DNA of 64,000 nt from Octopus vulgaris (GCA_951406725.2 OX597816.1:4526001-4590000), one strand, 5' to 3'; shown: positions 24,648 through 36,566, counted from the stretch's first letter. Translations and numbers: made by a program. Notes: generated from the letters alone by a model not told the origin.

Positions 24648-25389
24648 TAAGGCGGCGAGCTGGCAGAAACGTTAGCACGCCGGGCGAAATGTTTTGCGGT
24701 ATTTCATCTGCCGTAACGTTCTGAGTTCAAATTCCGCCGAGGTCGACTTTGCCTTTCATCCTTTCGGAGTCGATAAATCAAGTACCAGTTACGCACTGGG
24801 GTCGATATAATCGACTTAATCCGTTTGTCTGTCCTTGTTTATCCCTTCTGTGTTTAGCCCCTTGTGAGTAGTAAAGAAATGGGTATTTCGTCTGCCGTTA
24901 CATTCTGAGTTCAAATTCCGCTTTCGGGGTCGATAAATTAAGTACCAGTCACACACTGGGGTCGATATAATCGACTTAATCCGTTTGTCTGTCCTTGTTT
25001 GTCTTCTCTGTGTTTATCCCCTTGTGGGCAGTAAAGAAATAGGTATTTCGTCTGCCGCTACGTTCTGAGTTCAAATTCTTCAGAGGTCGACTTTGCCTTT
25101 CAGCCTTTCGGAGTCAATTAAATAAGTACCAGTTATGCACTGGGGTCGATGTAATCGACTTAATCCGTTTGTCTGTCCTTGTTTGTCTTCTCTGTGTTTA
25201 GCCCCTTGTGGATAGTAAAGAATTAGGTATTTCATCTGTTCTGAGTTCAAATTCTGCCAAAGTTGACTTTACCTTCCATCCTTTCAGGGTCGATGAATTA
25301 AGTCCCAGTTGCATACTGGGGTTGATTTCATCGACTAGCCCCCACCTCCCCAAAACGTTTGTGCCTTGTGCCTAGAGTAGAAAAGATTA
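24648..25389 (+). mobile_element. SINE family B, one head plus four tandem body units
   Basis: Units restart at gtatttc after gtaaagaaat at about 24883, 25043 and 25227. Confidence 0.93.
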
Positions 25390-25624
25390 TTATCTTTTTC
25401 ATTGATTACATGAAACCCTTCAAGTGCTCCCCACTTGGGAGTCAAAAGAAAAAATTTTTATGATGTCACAATAAACCAAAACGTTATGTTTTAGTTTTGC
25501 AATAATGGATTTTTGAAAACAAACAATTTTGTTTTGAAAGATGTCTTCATCCTTGATTACAAAAAGTAATGTTGCTCTCAGTGCTGCCATCACCCCGACC
25601 ACTGACACCAACAATATAATAAAT

Positions 25625-26003
25625 GAGCACATAAGAGAACCATCCGAACGTGGCCGTAGCCAGCACCGCATCGTCTGGCCTCCATGCTGGTGGCACGTAA
25701 CGAACACCATCTGATCGTGGCCGTTGCCAGCCTCGCCTGGCCTCCGTGCCAGTGGCACATAAAAAGCACCATCCGAGCGTGGCCATTCGCCAGCCTCGTC
25801 TGGCACCTGTGTCGGTGGCACATAAAAAGCACCCACTACACTCACAGAGTGGTTGGCGTTAGAAAGGGCATCTAGCTGTAGAAACACTGCCAGATCTGAC
25901 TGGCCTGGTACAGCCTTCGGGCTTCCCAGACCCCAGTTGAACTGTCCAACCCATGCTAGCATGGAAAGCGGACGTTAAACGATGATGATGATGATGATGA
26001 TGA
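25625..26003 (+). mobile_element. RTE 3'-UTR repeat (family D) with tandem subrepeats of about 55 nt
   Basis: Repeated gtggcac.taaaa(a)gcacc units, then gttaaacgatgatgat tail. Confidence 0.9.
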
Positions 26004-26234
26004 GCCACTGTATGATTGTTCAACCTGCAAGAAATAGCAACCAAGTCTCTCTCAAACCATACTCTAAAGTCAAAGAAAATAAGGATGAATAGAATAATTT
26101 GGTTTGGCCCTAAAGTCAGTGTAGATTGGAAAAAGACGGGGTAGTTAGAGCTGGGTAGCTTTGATTATTGTTTTGCTTGATTAAGGCCAGCCTGGAGCAA
26201 AATAAGACCAACAATAAAATCAACAGCAGTCACA

Positions 26235-26620
26235 GTGGAGGCACAATGGCCCAGTGGTTAGGGCAGCAAACTCGCGGTTGGAGGATCGCGGTTTCGATTC
26301 CCAGACCGGACGTTGTGTGTGTTTATTGAGTGAAAACACCTAAAGCTCGATGAGGGCTCCAGCAGAGGGTGGTGGCGACCCCTGTTGTACTCTTTCGCCC
26401 CAACTTTCTCTCACTCTTTCCTCCTGTTTCTTGTCCCCGACTTCCTACGCAACCGCTGAGCCTGGATGCGCGTTCATCCATCCGTCGATGCTCTCAGAGT
26501 CGGGGGTTGACCTGCTTTCTCTTCTGCGGGTCTTACAAAGAGCGAAAGACCCCGTTTCGGACTCTCCTACTAATGGGACGAAGACCATTTGCTCAACAGC
26601 AACAGCAACAGCAGCAACAA
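26235..26620 (+). mobile_element. Chimeric SINE: family A 5' half with an unrelated 3' half and CAA/CAG tail
   Basis: Identity to family A stops at about 26430 (cctgtttct). Confidence 0.85.
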
Positions 26621-28463
26621 TCAAAAATGATATTTTTGTAATCCATGATACTGAAGATTCTTAAATCTTTGGATAATAAACCAAGTTGTAAAGTCAGACA
26701 TTTCTGATGCTGTGTTGTTGCGTTTCTGCTGCACAGTTTAGAAAAAAAAAAGTAGTTTATTTTGATCAGGAAATTTCTAAGAATACAGAATGGATGAGAG
26801 GATTGATCTGTCTTAAATTCAGACCCACTGCAGGCATTTTCTTATGTAGCTGTACAGTACAATTAATTCTCTATATTTCAGTTCGCATAGCTATTGGGAA
26901 AGCTTTCAGATAATCTACGAATGTTACCAATGATGCATTGGCACTACAGACACAAGATGCAAAGATTTATCTCTTGGCCATTTATAATCATAGAACGAAG
27001 AGATAAGCTCCACTTCTTAAAATTCCTTTGGGACTTTGCAGAAATTTAGATTTCTATATCTTTCTCTTTTACTCTTAGATATATATCCTTATTCATTACT
27101 GTTTCCATTCTTTCCTTTTCTCCTTTCATTCTGTCTCTCCTTTCTTTGTCTTTCTTTGATCCATTCTATTATTCTTTCTTCATTCAACGTCTTGAACCAT
27201 TTCTCTTAATATTTTCTCTCGACTGCATAAACTTTTTTTTCCCTTCCAATGGTTTTACATATTTTCTCTTCTACTTTACAAAAATATTTTTCATTCAATT
27301 TCTCTATTCTGTTATTTGCTTTTTGTTTATTCTCTATTAATTTTTTCCTATTCTTTTTCCCTTTTATTATCTCCAATTCTCTTTTATCTTCTGTGAAATG
27401 TTACTTTTTCAAACAGAGAAGAAAAATGGTTGAAAGTCTATAACATTCTACTCCCAACTCCCAGAGCATCAATTGAAATTCTTCACTTCAGGCATTTTAT
27501 TTGGTTACGTCTTTGGTCATCACACTTAATTCTTTGTGCTTCAGTTCATTTAATTGTTAGGAATATGTATCAAATTGTCTGGAACTATGACCTGAGATAG
27601 GTTGGCATTCCACCTAGTGAGAAATTTATCTTCCATTTACTAAATTTTATAAAACCTGAGAAAAACTGCAGCGTTTTTAAAAGTCCCTGGAGGCTTTCAA
27701 GATATTTGTTTTATTTAGAAATCCACGAATCTCTCTTCGATGAATGATACAGGAATCATCACAGACATTTTGGTTATTACACTATGTCAACTTAGCCGTC
27801 ATTCACCAAACAGTGACAACTCTTAAATCCTTAATAAAAGTCGGTTAGACGTCTTTCATAGTATTTTCAAAACTAAATAGTAATGCAAATAAGTAAATAA
27901 AGTAAGATATAAATAAAATACAAAATAAATAAGTATCAGCTGATTAAGATCTCAGAGTTAATGAGAAATACAAATACAAAAAAAAACATTAAAAGCAACA
28001 ACTGTGATAATATTTACATAATAAATTGTGATTTAACCCCAGCTGTATTAACAGAATATCGATTTTTATTCGTGCAAACCACTCTTGCACAAAGTTGCTA
28101 CAAAACGAATAGCAATAGAGTGTAACCGTACACTTCTCCAAATGTTGGATGGTTTCAAAGCTTGGCCTTCACGCGTGAGGCAAGTATGATCTGGGAGCAT
28201 GGACCAGGGTTTTAGGGGTTGGTTTGTGTGCTTATGTGGTTGAGAGGAAACACAGGTACCGTCTTGGTTCTCACGTCATTGACCCAGCAGAACAACGAGG
28301 ATTTGGCAGGTTGAGGGAGCACTGTGCCAGAATTTTCAGTGGAATAAGCTGGAGCAGTGTGCAATGAGGGGTCTCGATCAAGGACACAATGCATTGCCTG
28401 ATCCCCTTTAAAACAGCTTGTCTATATCCTAGAACCAGGGCCAATTGCGGGCAGGTTAGTATA

Positions 28464-28863
28464 CTCTCTTTTACTTGTTTCAGTCATTTGGCTGCGGCCC
28501 ATGCTGGAGCACTGCCTTTTAGTCGAGCAAATCGACCCCGGGACTTATTCTTTGTAAGCCCAGTACTTATTCTATCAGTTTCTTTTGCCGAACCGCTAAG
28601 TGACGGGGACGTAAACACACCAGCATCAGTTGTCAAGCAATGCTAGGAGGACAAACACAGACACACAAACACACACACATATATATATATACATATATAC
28701 GACAGGCTCCTTTCAGTTTCCGTCTACCAAATCCACTCACAAGGCATTGGTTGGCCCGGGGCTATAGCAGAAGACACTTGCCCAAGATGCCATGCAGTGG
28801 GACTGAACCCGGAACCATGTGGTTGGTTAGCAAGCTACTTACCACACAGCCACTCCTGCGCCT
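28464..28863 (-). mobile_element. SINE family C, full length
   Basis: Reverse complement of the 16598 copy. Confidence 0.95.
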
Positions 28864-29009
28864 ATGGTAAGTTTTTAACGACAACAACCCAAATTCTGTG
28901 AGGTGCAGCAGGCTGAGATTGTAGGGCTTATGTGTGTGTGTGTGTGTGTGTGTACACATGTTGTTTCAGCTATGCTATAGCTTTCATCAAAAGCATTTCA
29001 CTTAGCTGC

Positions 29010-29263
29010 CTCGACTGGCTTCCATGCCTGTGGTGCATAAAAAGCACCAACTGATCATGGCCGTTGCTAGTAGCCTCCCCTGGCACCTGTTCCAGTGGCA
29101 CATAAAAAGCACCCACTACACTCACAGAGTGGTTGGTGTTAGGAAGGGCATCCAGCTATAGAAACACTGCCAGATCAGACTGGAACCTGGTGCAGCCTCC
29201 TGGCTTCACAGACCCCGGTCAAACCGTCCAACCCATGCTAGCATGGAAAAACAGACGTTAAAC

Positions 29264-29288
<25 letters not shown>
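29010..29288 (+). mobile_element. RTE 3'-UTR repeat (family D)
   Basis: Subrepeats plus (GAT)n tail. Confidence 0.88.
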
Positions 29289-29294
<6 letters not shown>

Positions 29295-30372
29295 TGTTTT
29301 TGAACAATTATTCTCAAACAATGTTCTCATAATCAATTTCTGTTTGGAATTTGTCATTAATTAGTAATTAATTAATAAGTAAAGTTATTCATCCTTCTTC
29401 TATATAATCCATAAGTTTCTCATTCTTTGACAATCTCCATTGAGCCATTCTCTCAGTCTTCCAACTTAGTCTGTTTTTCAATGAGTTGAGTGGTTGCTGT
29501 TTAAGTCAGAGACCATTGTTAAAAACATGGGACAAATTCCCAAGTTTGAATAGTGTGTGATGACCATAAATACCAGGCCCCAGCATCAAATGCTTGATTG
29601 CCTGCAAACTATTAACGTCTTTCGGTCAGAATTAGTCTCATTGACTTCAGAAAATGGCTTAACAACATTTGGAATGTCCATTCCTTTTCCAGAATAATTA
29701 GTTATGCAAATCAAATAAAATAGCTTCGACCAGTCGTTGTGGCCAGTTTATGGTTTTGTTTCATTAGGAGTTAACGAGTTTGGCCGTTGCTAGGAAATTT
29801 GGTTCTAATTTGGTTCCTCGACATCATTTTCTAGAATATTCACTTCTAAGTTTGGCACAAGGCCAGCAAATTTAGTGGAAGGAGCAAGTCAATTGCTTGG
29901 TGTTCCAGGGTTTGACTGGTTGTTATTTTATTGGATCCTGGCAAGATGAAGGGCAAAGTTGACCTCGGTAGGATTTGAACTCAGAACATAGAGACAAACG
30001 AAACACTTGCTTAGCATTTTGTCTGACATGCAAACAACTCTGCCAGCTCACCCACTTTTGTAGAAATATTAATTCTTGTCGCTGTTTATTAGCTTTAATC
30101 AAACATCTTCCTCCTCCTCCTCCTCATCATCATCATCATCAACACCACTATCAACACCACCACCAACACCACCACCATCATCGTCATCATCATCATTGTT
30201 TTAATATGCTCTTCCTGTCACCTACCCTCATTCTGTTTCTAAGCAAGGTTATATTTCTCCCATGGCCAGGCATATTTTTTTTTTTGTAGAATATTGGAAA
30301 TGAATGATGCTGTGCAATATCACAGCAAGGAGACTCAAACATACACTCACACACACATATGTATATGTACAT

Positions 30373-30867
30373 ATCATCATCATCATCATCATCATCGTTT
30401 AACGTCCGTTCTCCATGCTAGCATGGGTTGGACGGTTCGACCGGGGATCTGGGAAGCCAGAAGGCTGCACCAGACTCCAGTCTTATCTGGCAGGGTTTCT
30501 ACAGCTGGATGCCCTTCCTAACGCCAACCACTCCGTGAGTGTAGTGGGTGCTTTTTACATGCCACCTGCACAGGTGCCAGGCGAGGCTGGCAACGGCCAC
30601 GGTCGGATTGGTGTATTTTATGTGCCACCGGCACAGAAGCCAGTCGAGGCGGCGCTGGCATCGGCCACGAGTCAGATAGTATATTTTACGTACCACCAGA
30701 CCAGGGATCCTGGCTGGTTCAATTCGATTTCGATTTCGCTTGCCCCAACATGTCTTCGCAAGCAAAGGGGGTTGGCATGGGTGCCTGTCGTACGGTTGGA
30801 TTGGTGTATTTTACGCGCCACTGGCACGGAAGCCAGTGGAGGCGGCGCTGGCATCGGCCACGAGTAC

Positions 30868-30919
<52 letters not shown>

Positions 30920-31440
30920 TCTTTCTCTTTACTTGTTTCAGTCATTTGACTGCGACCATGCTGGAGCACCGCCTTTAATCGAGCAACTCGACCCCGGGAC
31001 TTATTCTTTTGTAAGCCCAGTACTTATTCTATCGGTCTCTTTTGCCGAACCGCTAAGTGACGGGGACGTAAACACACCAGCATCGGTTGTCAAGCAATGC
31101 TAGGGGGATAAACACAGACACACAAACACATACATATATATATATATACATATATACGACAGGCTTCTTTCAGTTTCCGTCTACCAAATCCACTCACAAG
31201 GCATTGGTCGGCCCGAGGCTATAGCAGAAGACACTTGCCCACACATCATCATCGTTTAACGCCCGTTTTCCACGCTAGCATGGGTTGGACGGTTCGACCG
31301 GGGTCTGGGAAGCCAGGGCTGCACCAGGCTCCAGTCTGATCTGGCAGTGTTTCTACAGCTGGATGCCCTTCCTAATGCCAACCACTCCGCGAGTGTAGTG
31401 GGTGCTTTTTACGTGCCACCTGCACAGGTGCCAGGGGGGG
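30373..31440 (-). mobile_element. Nested D (30373-30862), SINE C (30918-31220) and D (31245-31440) cluster
   Basis: Each block matches other copies in the window. Confidence 0.88.
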
Positions 31441-31524
31441 GGGGGTCTGCCTCTTTTAATTAATCAAACTGCTCAAAATTAATTAATAAGCACCAAAATT
31501 CCAATGTGCTCAGATCCTAAACAT

Positions 31525-31655
31525 CAGGTCTCTCTCAGCTAGAAATACTGCAACGACCACAAAACAATACCAGTTCTCTCTCAGCCAGAAACACTGCAAT
31601 GAAAACAAAATACCAGGTCCCAGCTAGAAATACTGGAATGACAACAATACAATAC
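31525..31655. repeat. Three diverged tandem units of about 40-46 bp
   Basis: cagg/ttctctctcagc.agaaa.actgcaa.gac.ac repeated. Confidence 0.8.
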
Positions 31656-31783
31656 TTCAGTCCAATAGTTCTTGCGACTTTTAAGATTTATGGGGACGGA
31701 GGGGGTCCATAATTGTAGAAATTTCCATGTGTAGAACCAGTGAAAATTAGATATATATATTTACGAAGTCGAGACATATCTTC

Positions 31784-31863
31784 AGCTAGCAGGCTTCTGC
31801 TACTCTAGACTGATGATGGGCAAAGACCCTGAAACATGCGTGTCTCTAGATGCAGGCCTGGCT
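31784..31863 (+). ncRNA. Canonical full-length type I hammerhead ribozyme (core 31804-31850)
   Basis: tctaga-CTGATGA-t-ggg-caaaga-ccc-t-GAAA-ca-tgcg-tg-TC-tctaga; GUC site; stem I extends past a bulge (caggc..ctgc / gcag-gcctg). Confidence 0.9.
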
Positions 31864-32155
31864 GTGGGGTATTTGTCTCCCCTTCCTAAATATATAAGGA
31901 CACAGGAAATGTGTCGAAACCGACAGGAAGCGTCGATGCTTCCTAGGGCTAAACAGCGGTGGTGTAATCCCCTACTGTCACGTTAAGTTGACAGTATACA
32001 ACCATTACAAATTCGCAAACATTTTCCTGAAAATGCCAAAAAATAGAAGCGATGATGGGTTACTTAAACCAGAAATTCAGCTCATTTCCCCAATAATATT
32101 TCACAATAATAGAAGTTCCACCACGACCACCACATATATATATATATACATATAC

Positions 32156-32196
<41 letters not shown>

Positions 32197-32349
32197 CCTA
32201 TATATATATCTATATGTGTGCCTTTAAATATTTATATATATATATATATATATATATACATTCACACACATATATATATATATACATATACATATATATA
32301 CATATACATATACATATATATATACATATACATATACATATATCTATAT

Positions 32350-32401
<52 letters not shown>

Positions 32402-32402
<1 letters not shown>

Positions 32403-32893
32403 TAATTTCTTTATTTGTGAATTAAGGCTACCATTGGTTTCATGTAAGGATAAGTAGGAAAATATCCTAGTATTCTTTTATTTTTTTATTTGCTTCAGTC
32501 ATTTGACTGCAGCCATGCTGGAGCACCACCTTTAGTCGAGCAAATTGACCCCAGGACTTATCTTTTGTAAGTCTAGTACTTATTCTATCGGTCTCTGTTG
32601 CTGAACCACCCCAGCATTGGTTGTCAAGTGATGTTGGGGACACACATAAACACACACACACATACACACACATATAAACGACGGGCTTCTTTAAGTTTCC
32701 GTCTACCAAATCCACTCATAAGGCTTTGGTTGGCCTGAGGCTATAGCAGAACACACTAGCCCAAGGTGCCATGCAGTGGGACTGAACCTGGAACCATGTG
32801 GTTGGTAAGCAAGCTACTTACCACACAGCTACTCCTGCAACAATTTTCAAGCTGAAACCAATGGTAGCCTTAATTTGCAAATAAAGAAATTAT
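32402..32893. repeat. Fold-back (41-bp arms 32402-32442 / 32853-32893) with a SINE C (32471-32838, minus) inserted in its loop
   Basis: ataatttctttatttgtgaattaaggctaccattggtttca versus tgaaaccaatggtagccttaatttgcaaataaagaaattat. Confidence 0.88.
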
Positions 32894-32934
32894 ATATCCA
32901 CTATTGTAGTGTTGAGCACTCATTTCATTGTTCG

Positions 32935-33895
32935 TCTGCCATGCTTCATGGCAATGGAATATGGGCTGTGACTGCTGATGACATGCATAGGCTTGAAAGA
33001 AATGAAGCTAGCATAATCAGCTGGATGTATAATGTCAGTGTGCAAACACAACAGAGTGTAAGCGCCCTGAGAGAAATGCTGGACATAAGAAGCATCAGAT
33101 GTGGCATGCAAGAGAGACATTTGCATTGGTATGGTCATGTACTGGATGAGGAGAGATGTGTGAAGATGTGCCACTCCCTAACAGTGGAAGGAATCCGGGG
33201 GTAGAGGTAGACCCAGAAGACATGGGATGAAGTGGTGAAGCATGACCTTTGAATGTTGAGCCTCACAGAGACAATGACGAAAGACCGGGGCCACTGAAGG
33301 TATGCTGTAACTGAGAAGACCCGGCAAATAAGGTGAGTCCACAGCTGTAACCTACTCCAGTGTTGCATAACCAGCCAACTCAGAAGTACCTTGGATCGTA
33401 GGGTGACATACCATGCATGAGGAGACCTGTTGAGTCAAGTACATCAACATCAACAGCAATATCAAATTGCATTCAAATGGAAATTGTAGTTGTGGCCTCC
33501 GTGCTGGTGGCATGTAAAAAGCACCATCTGAACATGGTCAATGCCTGTCCCCTTGCCCCGACTGGCTCCTGTGCTGGTGGCATGTAAAAGGCACCATTCA
33601 AATGTGGCCGATGCCAGCACTGCCTTGACTGGCTCCTATGCTGGTGGCTTGTAAAAAGCATCATCCAATCATGGTCGATGCCAGCCCCCTCTAGCCCCTG
33701 TGCCAATGGCATGTAAAAAGCGCCCACTACACTCTCGGAGTGGTTGGCATTAGAAAGAGCATCCAGCTGTAGAAACACTGCCAGATCAGATTGGGGCCTG
33801 GTGCAGCCTCCTGTCTTTCCAGACCCCTAGTCAAACTGTCCAACCCATGCCAGCATGGAAAATGGCTGTTAAACGATGATGATGATATGATGAGG
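32935..33895 (+). mobile_element. RTE-clade LINE 3' fragment (ORF end plus family D 3' UTR)
   Basis: MLHGNGIWAVT..RLERNEAS..LHWYGHVL..KTWDEVVKHDL with stops, then subrepeats and (GAT)n tail. Confidence 0.9.
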
Positions 33896-33950
<55 letters not shown>

Positions 33951-33966
33951 GTATATATATATATAC

Positions 33967-34007
<41 letters not shown>

Positions 34008-35142
34008 GATGGATGGATGGATAGATACGATGGGCTTCTTTCAATTTTCATCTACCATATCTGTTTACAAGGCTTTGGTCAGCCCATGGCTATATGAAAA
34101 GACATTCCTCCAAATTGCAGTACAGTGGGATTGAACCCGAAACCATGTGGTTGGGAACTAAATCTTTTTACCACACCACTACACCTGTATGCATGTCACA
34201 CCTGCACCTATAATTGAAGAGATGTCCAGCTGGAGCCAACCTTTCTTCTTTTCTAAGAAAAACATATTCACAATTCCCCTTTCCAATATGTCCTTCTTAT
34301 GTTAAGAAAGTACAAAACGCTATCTGGGTGATTTGGCTGCTATTTCAAGCAAAGTGTGTGACTACATTGAGGTTTATGGAAATACTAATTTGTGCTTTTT
34401 GTTCCATGGTCAGGTGACTAAAACTTTCTAGAAAAGGGACAAAAATTGACTGATTATATTCCCGTTTCAAAAGGAAAAAAAAAACAAAAGACATGAATAG
34501 GATTTGAACTTAAAACCCTTGAGACTAAATCTATAAGTATTGATTTTAGTTCTCTATTGTCTCTGCCACTCCCCTCCTTTTATATGAGGCAATTATTAAT
34601 GAATGATAGAAACTTCTATGGGAGGTTACCTATAATACTTACCTTTCAGGTAACGAATAAGCTGGCTGCTCAGTCAGTTGGTGAACTGGTTGGTTAGCAA
34701 GTTGGTTGTTTGGTTGGTTGGTTGGTAGCAACAATTGTTATTAGTAGCAATTGTATCCAGCCTCTGTTTATTGCCAAATATAGCGGCCGTTAAGTACTTA
34801 CCGTTAACCAAAACAACAACACTAACGATGATTATAATAAATAAATAAATATAATAAACTGAATAATTTAAGATATGAAAGAATTATTTGAATAAAAAAA
34901 AAGAAAAAAAACTGTGCAGTCTTAGAAACCAATTACTGCGGCAGAACAGAGAGTGATGTATATCGTTAGTCGTGTCTGAGATGAGGATGAATACGAGCGA
35001 AAATAATGATTTTCGTTTTTGGTTTTTGTGAAAAGAGGAATGCGCAACTTTCATTGTGGTCCTTGCTCACTTATATTTAATGATCTCCATAAAGGGGGGG
35101 GGGGGAGTTTTGAATGGGAAACTGCTGTGCTGTCACTCAGCT

Positions 35143-35143
35143 C

Positions 35144-35175
<32 letters not shown>

Positions 35176-35785
35176 TGGGGGGTATGAGTGGGTATGTATT
35201 TGGAGGCACATGCATGTGTGTGCGTGCATGTGTGCATGTGTGTGCGTGCATGTGTGTGCGTGCATGTGTGTGCGTGTATGTGTGCATGTACATGCATGCA
35301 TGTATGCATGTGCGCGTGTGCATGTGTGTGCGTGAATGTGCGCACGTGTGCATGTGTGTGCGTGAATGTGCGCACGTGTGCATGTGTGTGCGTGCATGTG
35401 TGCATGTGTGTGCGTGCATGTGTGCATGTGTGTGTGTGGATGTGCGTGCGTGTGTGCATGTGTGTGTATGCGTGTATGCATGTGTGTGTGTATGTGTGTG
35501 TGTGTGTATTTGTCTGGGTGGGTATGAGTGGGCTTGTATGTAGAGGCACATGTGTGTGTGTGTGTGTGCATGCATATGCATGTGTCTGCGTGTGTGTGTA
35601 TGTATGTGTGCAGGTGTATGTATATGAATGTGTGTGTGTGTGTTTTGTGTGGGTAGGTATGTGTGAGCATGTATGTGGAGGCACATGCTTGTGTGTGCAT
35701 GTGTGCGTGCGTGTGTATGTGTGTGTGTGTGTGTGTGTGCACGTGTATGTATGTGTGTGTGTGTGCATGTGTGCGTGTGTGTGTA

Positions 35786-35828
<43 letters not shown>

Positions 35829-35835
35829 GTATGTG
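35143..35835. repeat. Degenerate (TG)n/(TGCA) purine-pyrimidine tract
   Basis: Directly visible. Confidence 0.95.
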
Positions 35836-35976
35836 TTATCTCAAGCTCGTGTCATTGATGCTTATTCACGTTTGGTTAGAATTGATTGACACAACTGTTT
35901 ATTGTTGCTCGGAGGGATTCTGGCTCTTCTGCTACGTGGTCTATTTTTGAACTTAATGATATTGCAAGATAGCCAG

Positions 35977-36085
35977 CATCATCATCATCATCATCATCGT
36001 CATCATCACCATCCTCATCTTCATCTTCATCATCATCATCATCACCACCACCACCACCATCATCATCACCATCATCATCATCATC

Positions 36086-36134
<49 letters not shown>

Positions 36135-36142
36135 CTATTATC

Positions 36143-36174
<32 letters not shown>

Positions 36175-36492
36175 CATCATCATCTTCATCTTCATCATCA
36201 TCATCATCATCATCATCATCGTCATCATCATCGTCATCATCATCATCATCGTCATCATCATCGTCATCATTATCATCACCATCATCATCATCATCATCAT
36301 CCTCATCTTCATCGTCGTCGTCGTCGTCGTCATCATCATCACCACCATCATCATCATCATCATCGTCATCATCATCGTCATCATCATCGTCATCATCATC
36401 GTCATCATCATCATCATTATCATCACCATCATCATCATCATCATCATCCTCATCTTCATCGTCGTCGTCGTCGTCGTCATCATCATCACCAC

Positions 36493-36530
<38 letters not shown>

Positions 36531-36532
36531 CC

Positions 36533-36566
<34 letters not shown>

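Larger units (their letters stand above)
25420..28000 (-). pseudogene. Decayed gene, paralog 3, interrupted by family D, SINE and CT-rich inserts
   Basis: Hydrophobic stretch then SLFGE*RLS (27816-27790); CDDQRRNQIKC..LG..VECY; LLSKD near 26676. Colinear with paralog 1. Confidence 0.4.

Noticed and set aside
24648-25389. CRISPR-like or satellite array
   Set aside because: Units are SINE bodies with no unique spacers; eukaryotic context.
31861-31958. HDV-like ribozyme (gctgt/acagc P2, GCTAA linker)
   Set aside because: P1, P3/L3 and P1.1 could not be built, and the homologue at 57.5 kb lacks the catalytic C.
34630-34805. Two minus-strand GGTAAGT splice-donor-like sites
   Set aside because: No supporting acceptor or reading frame; cannot call an exon.
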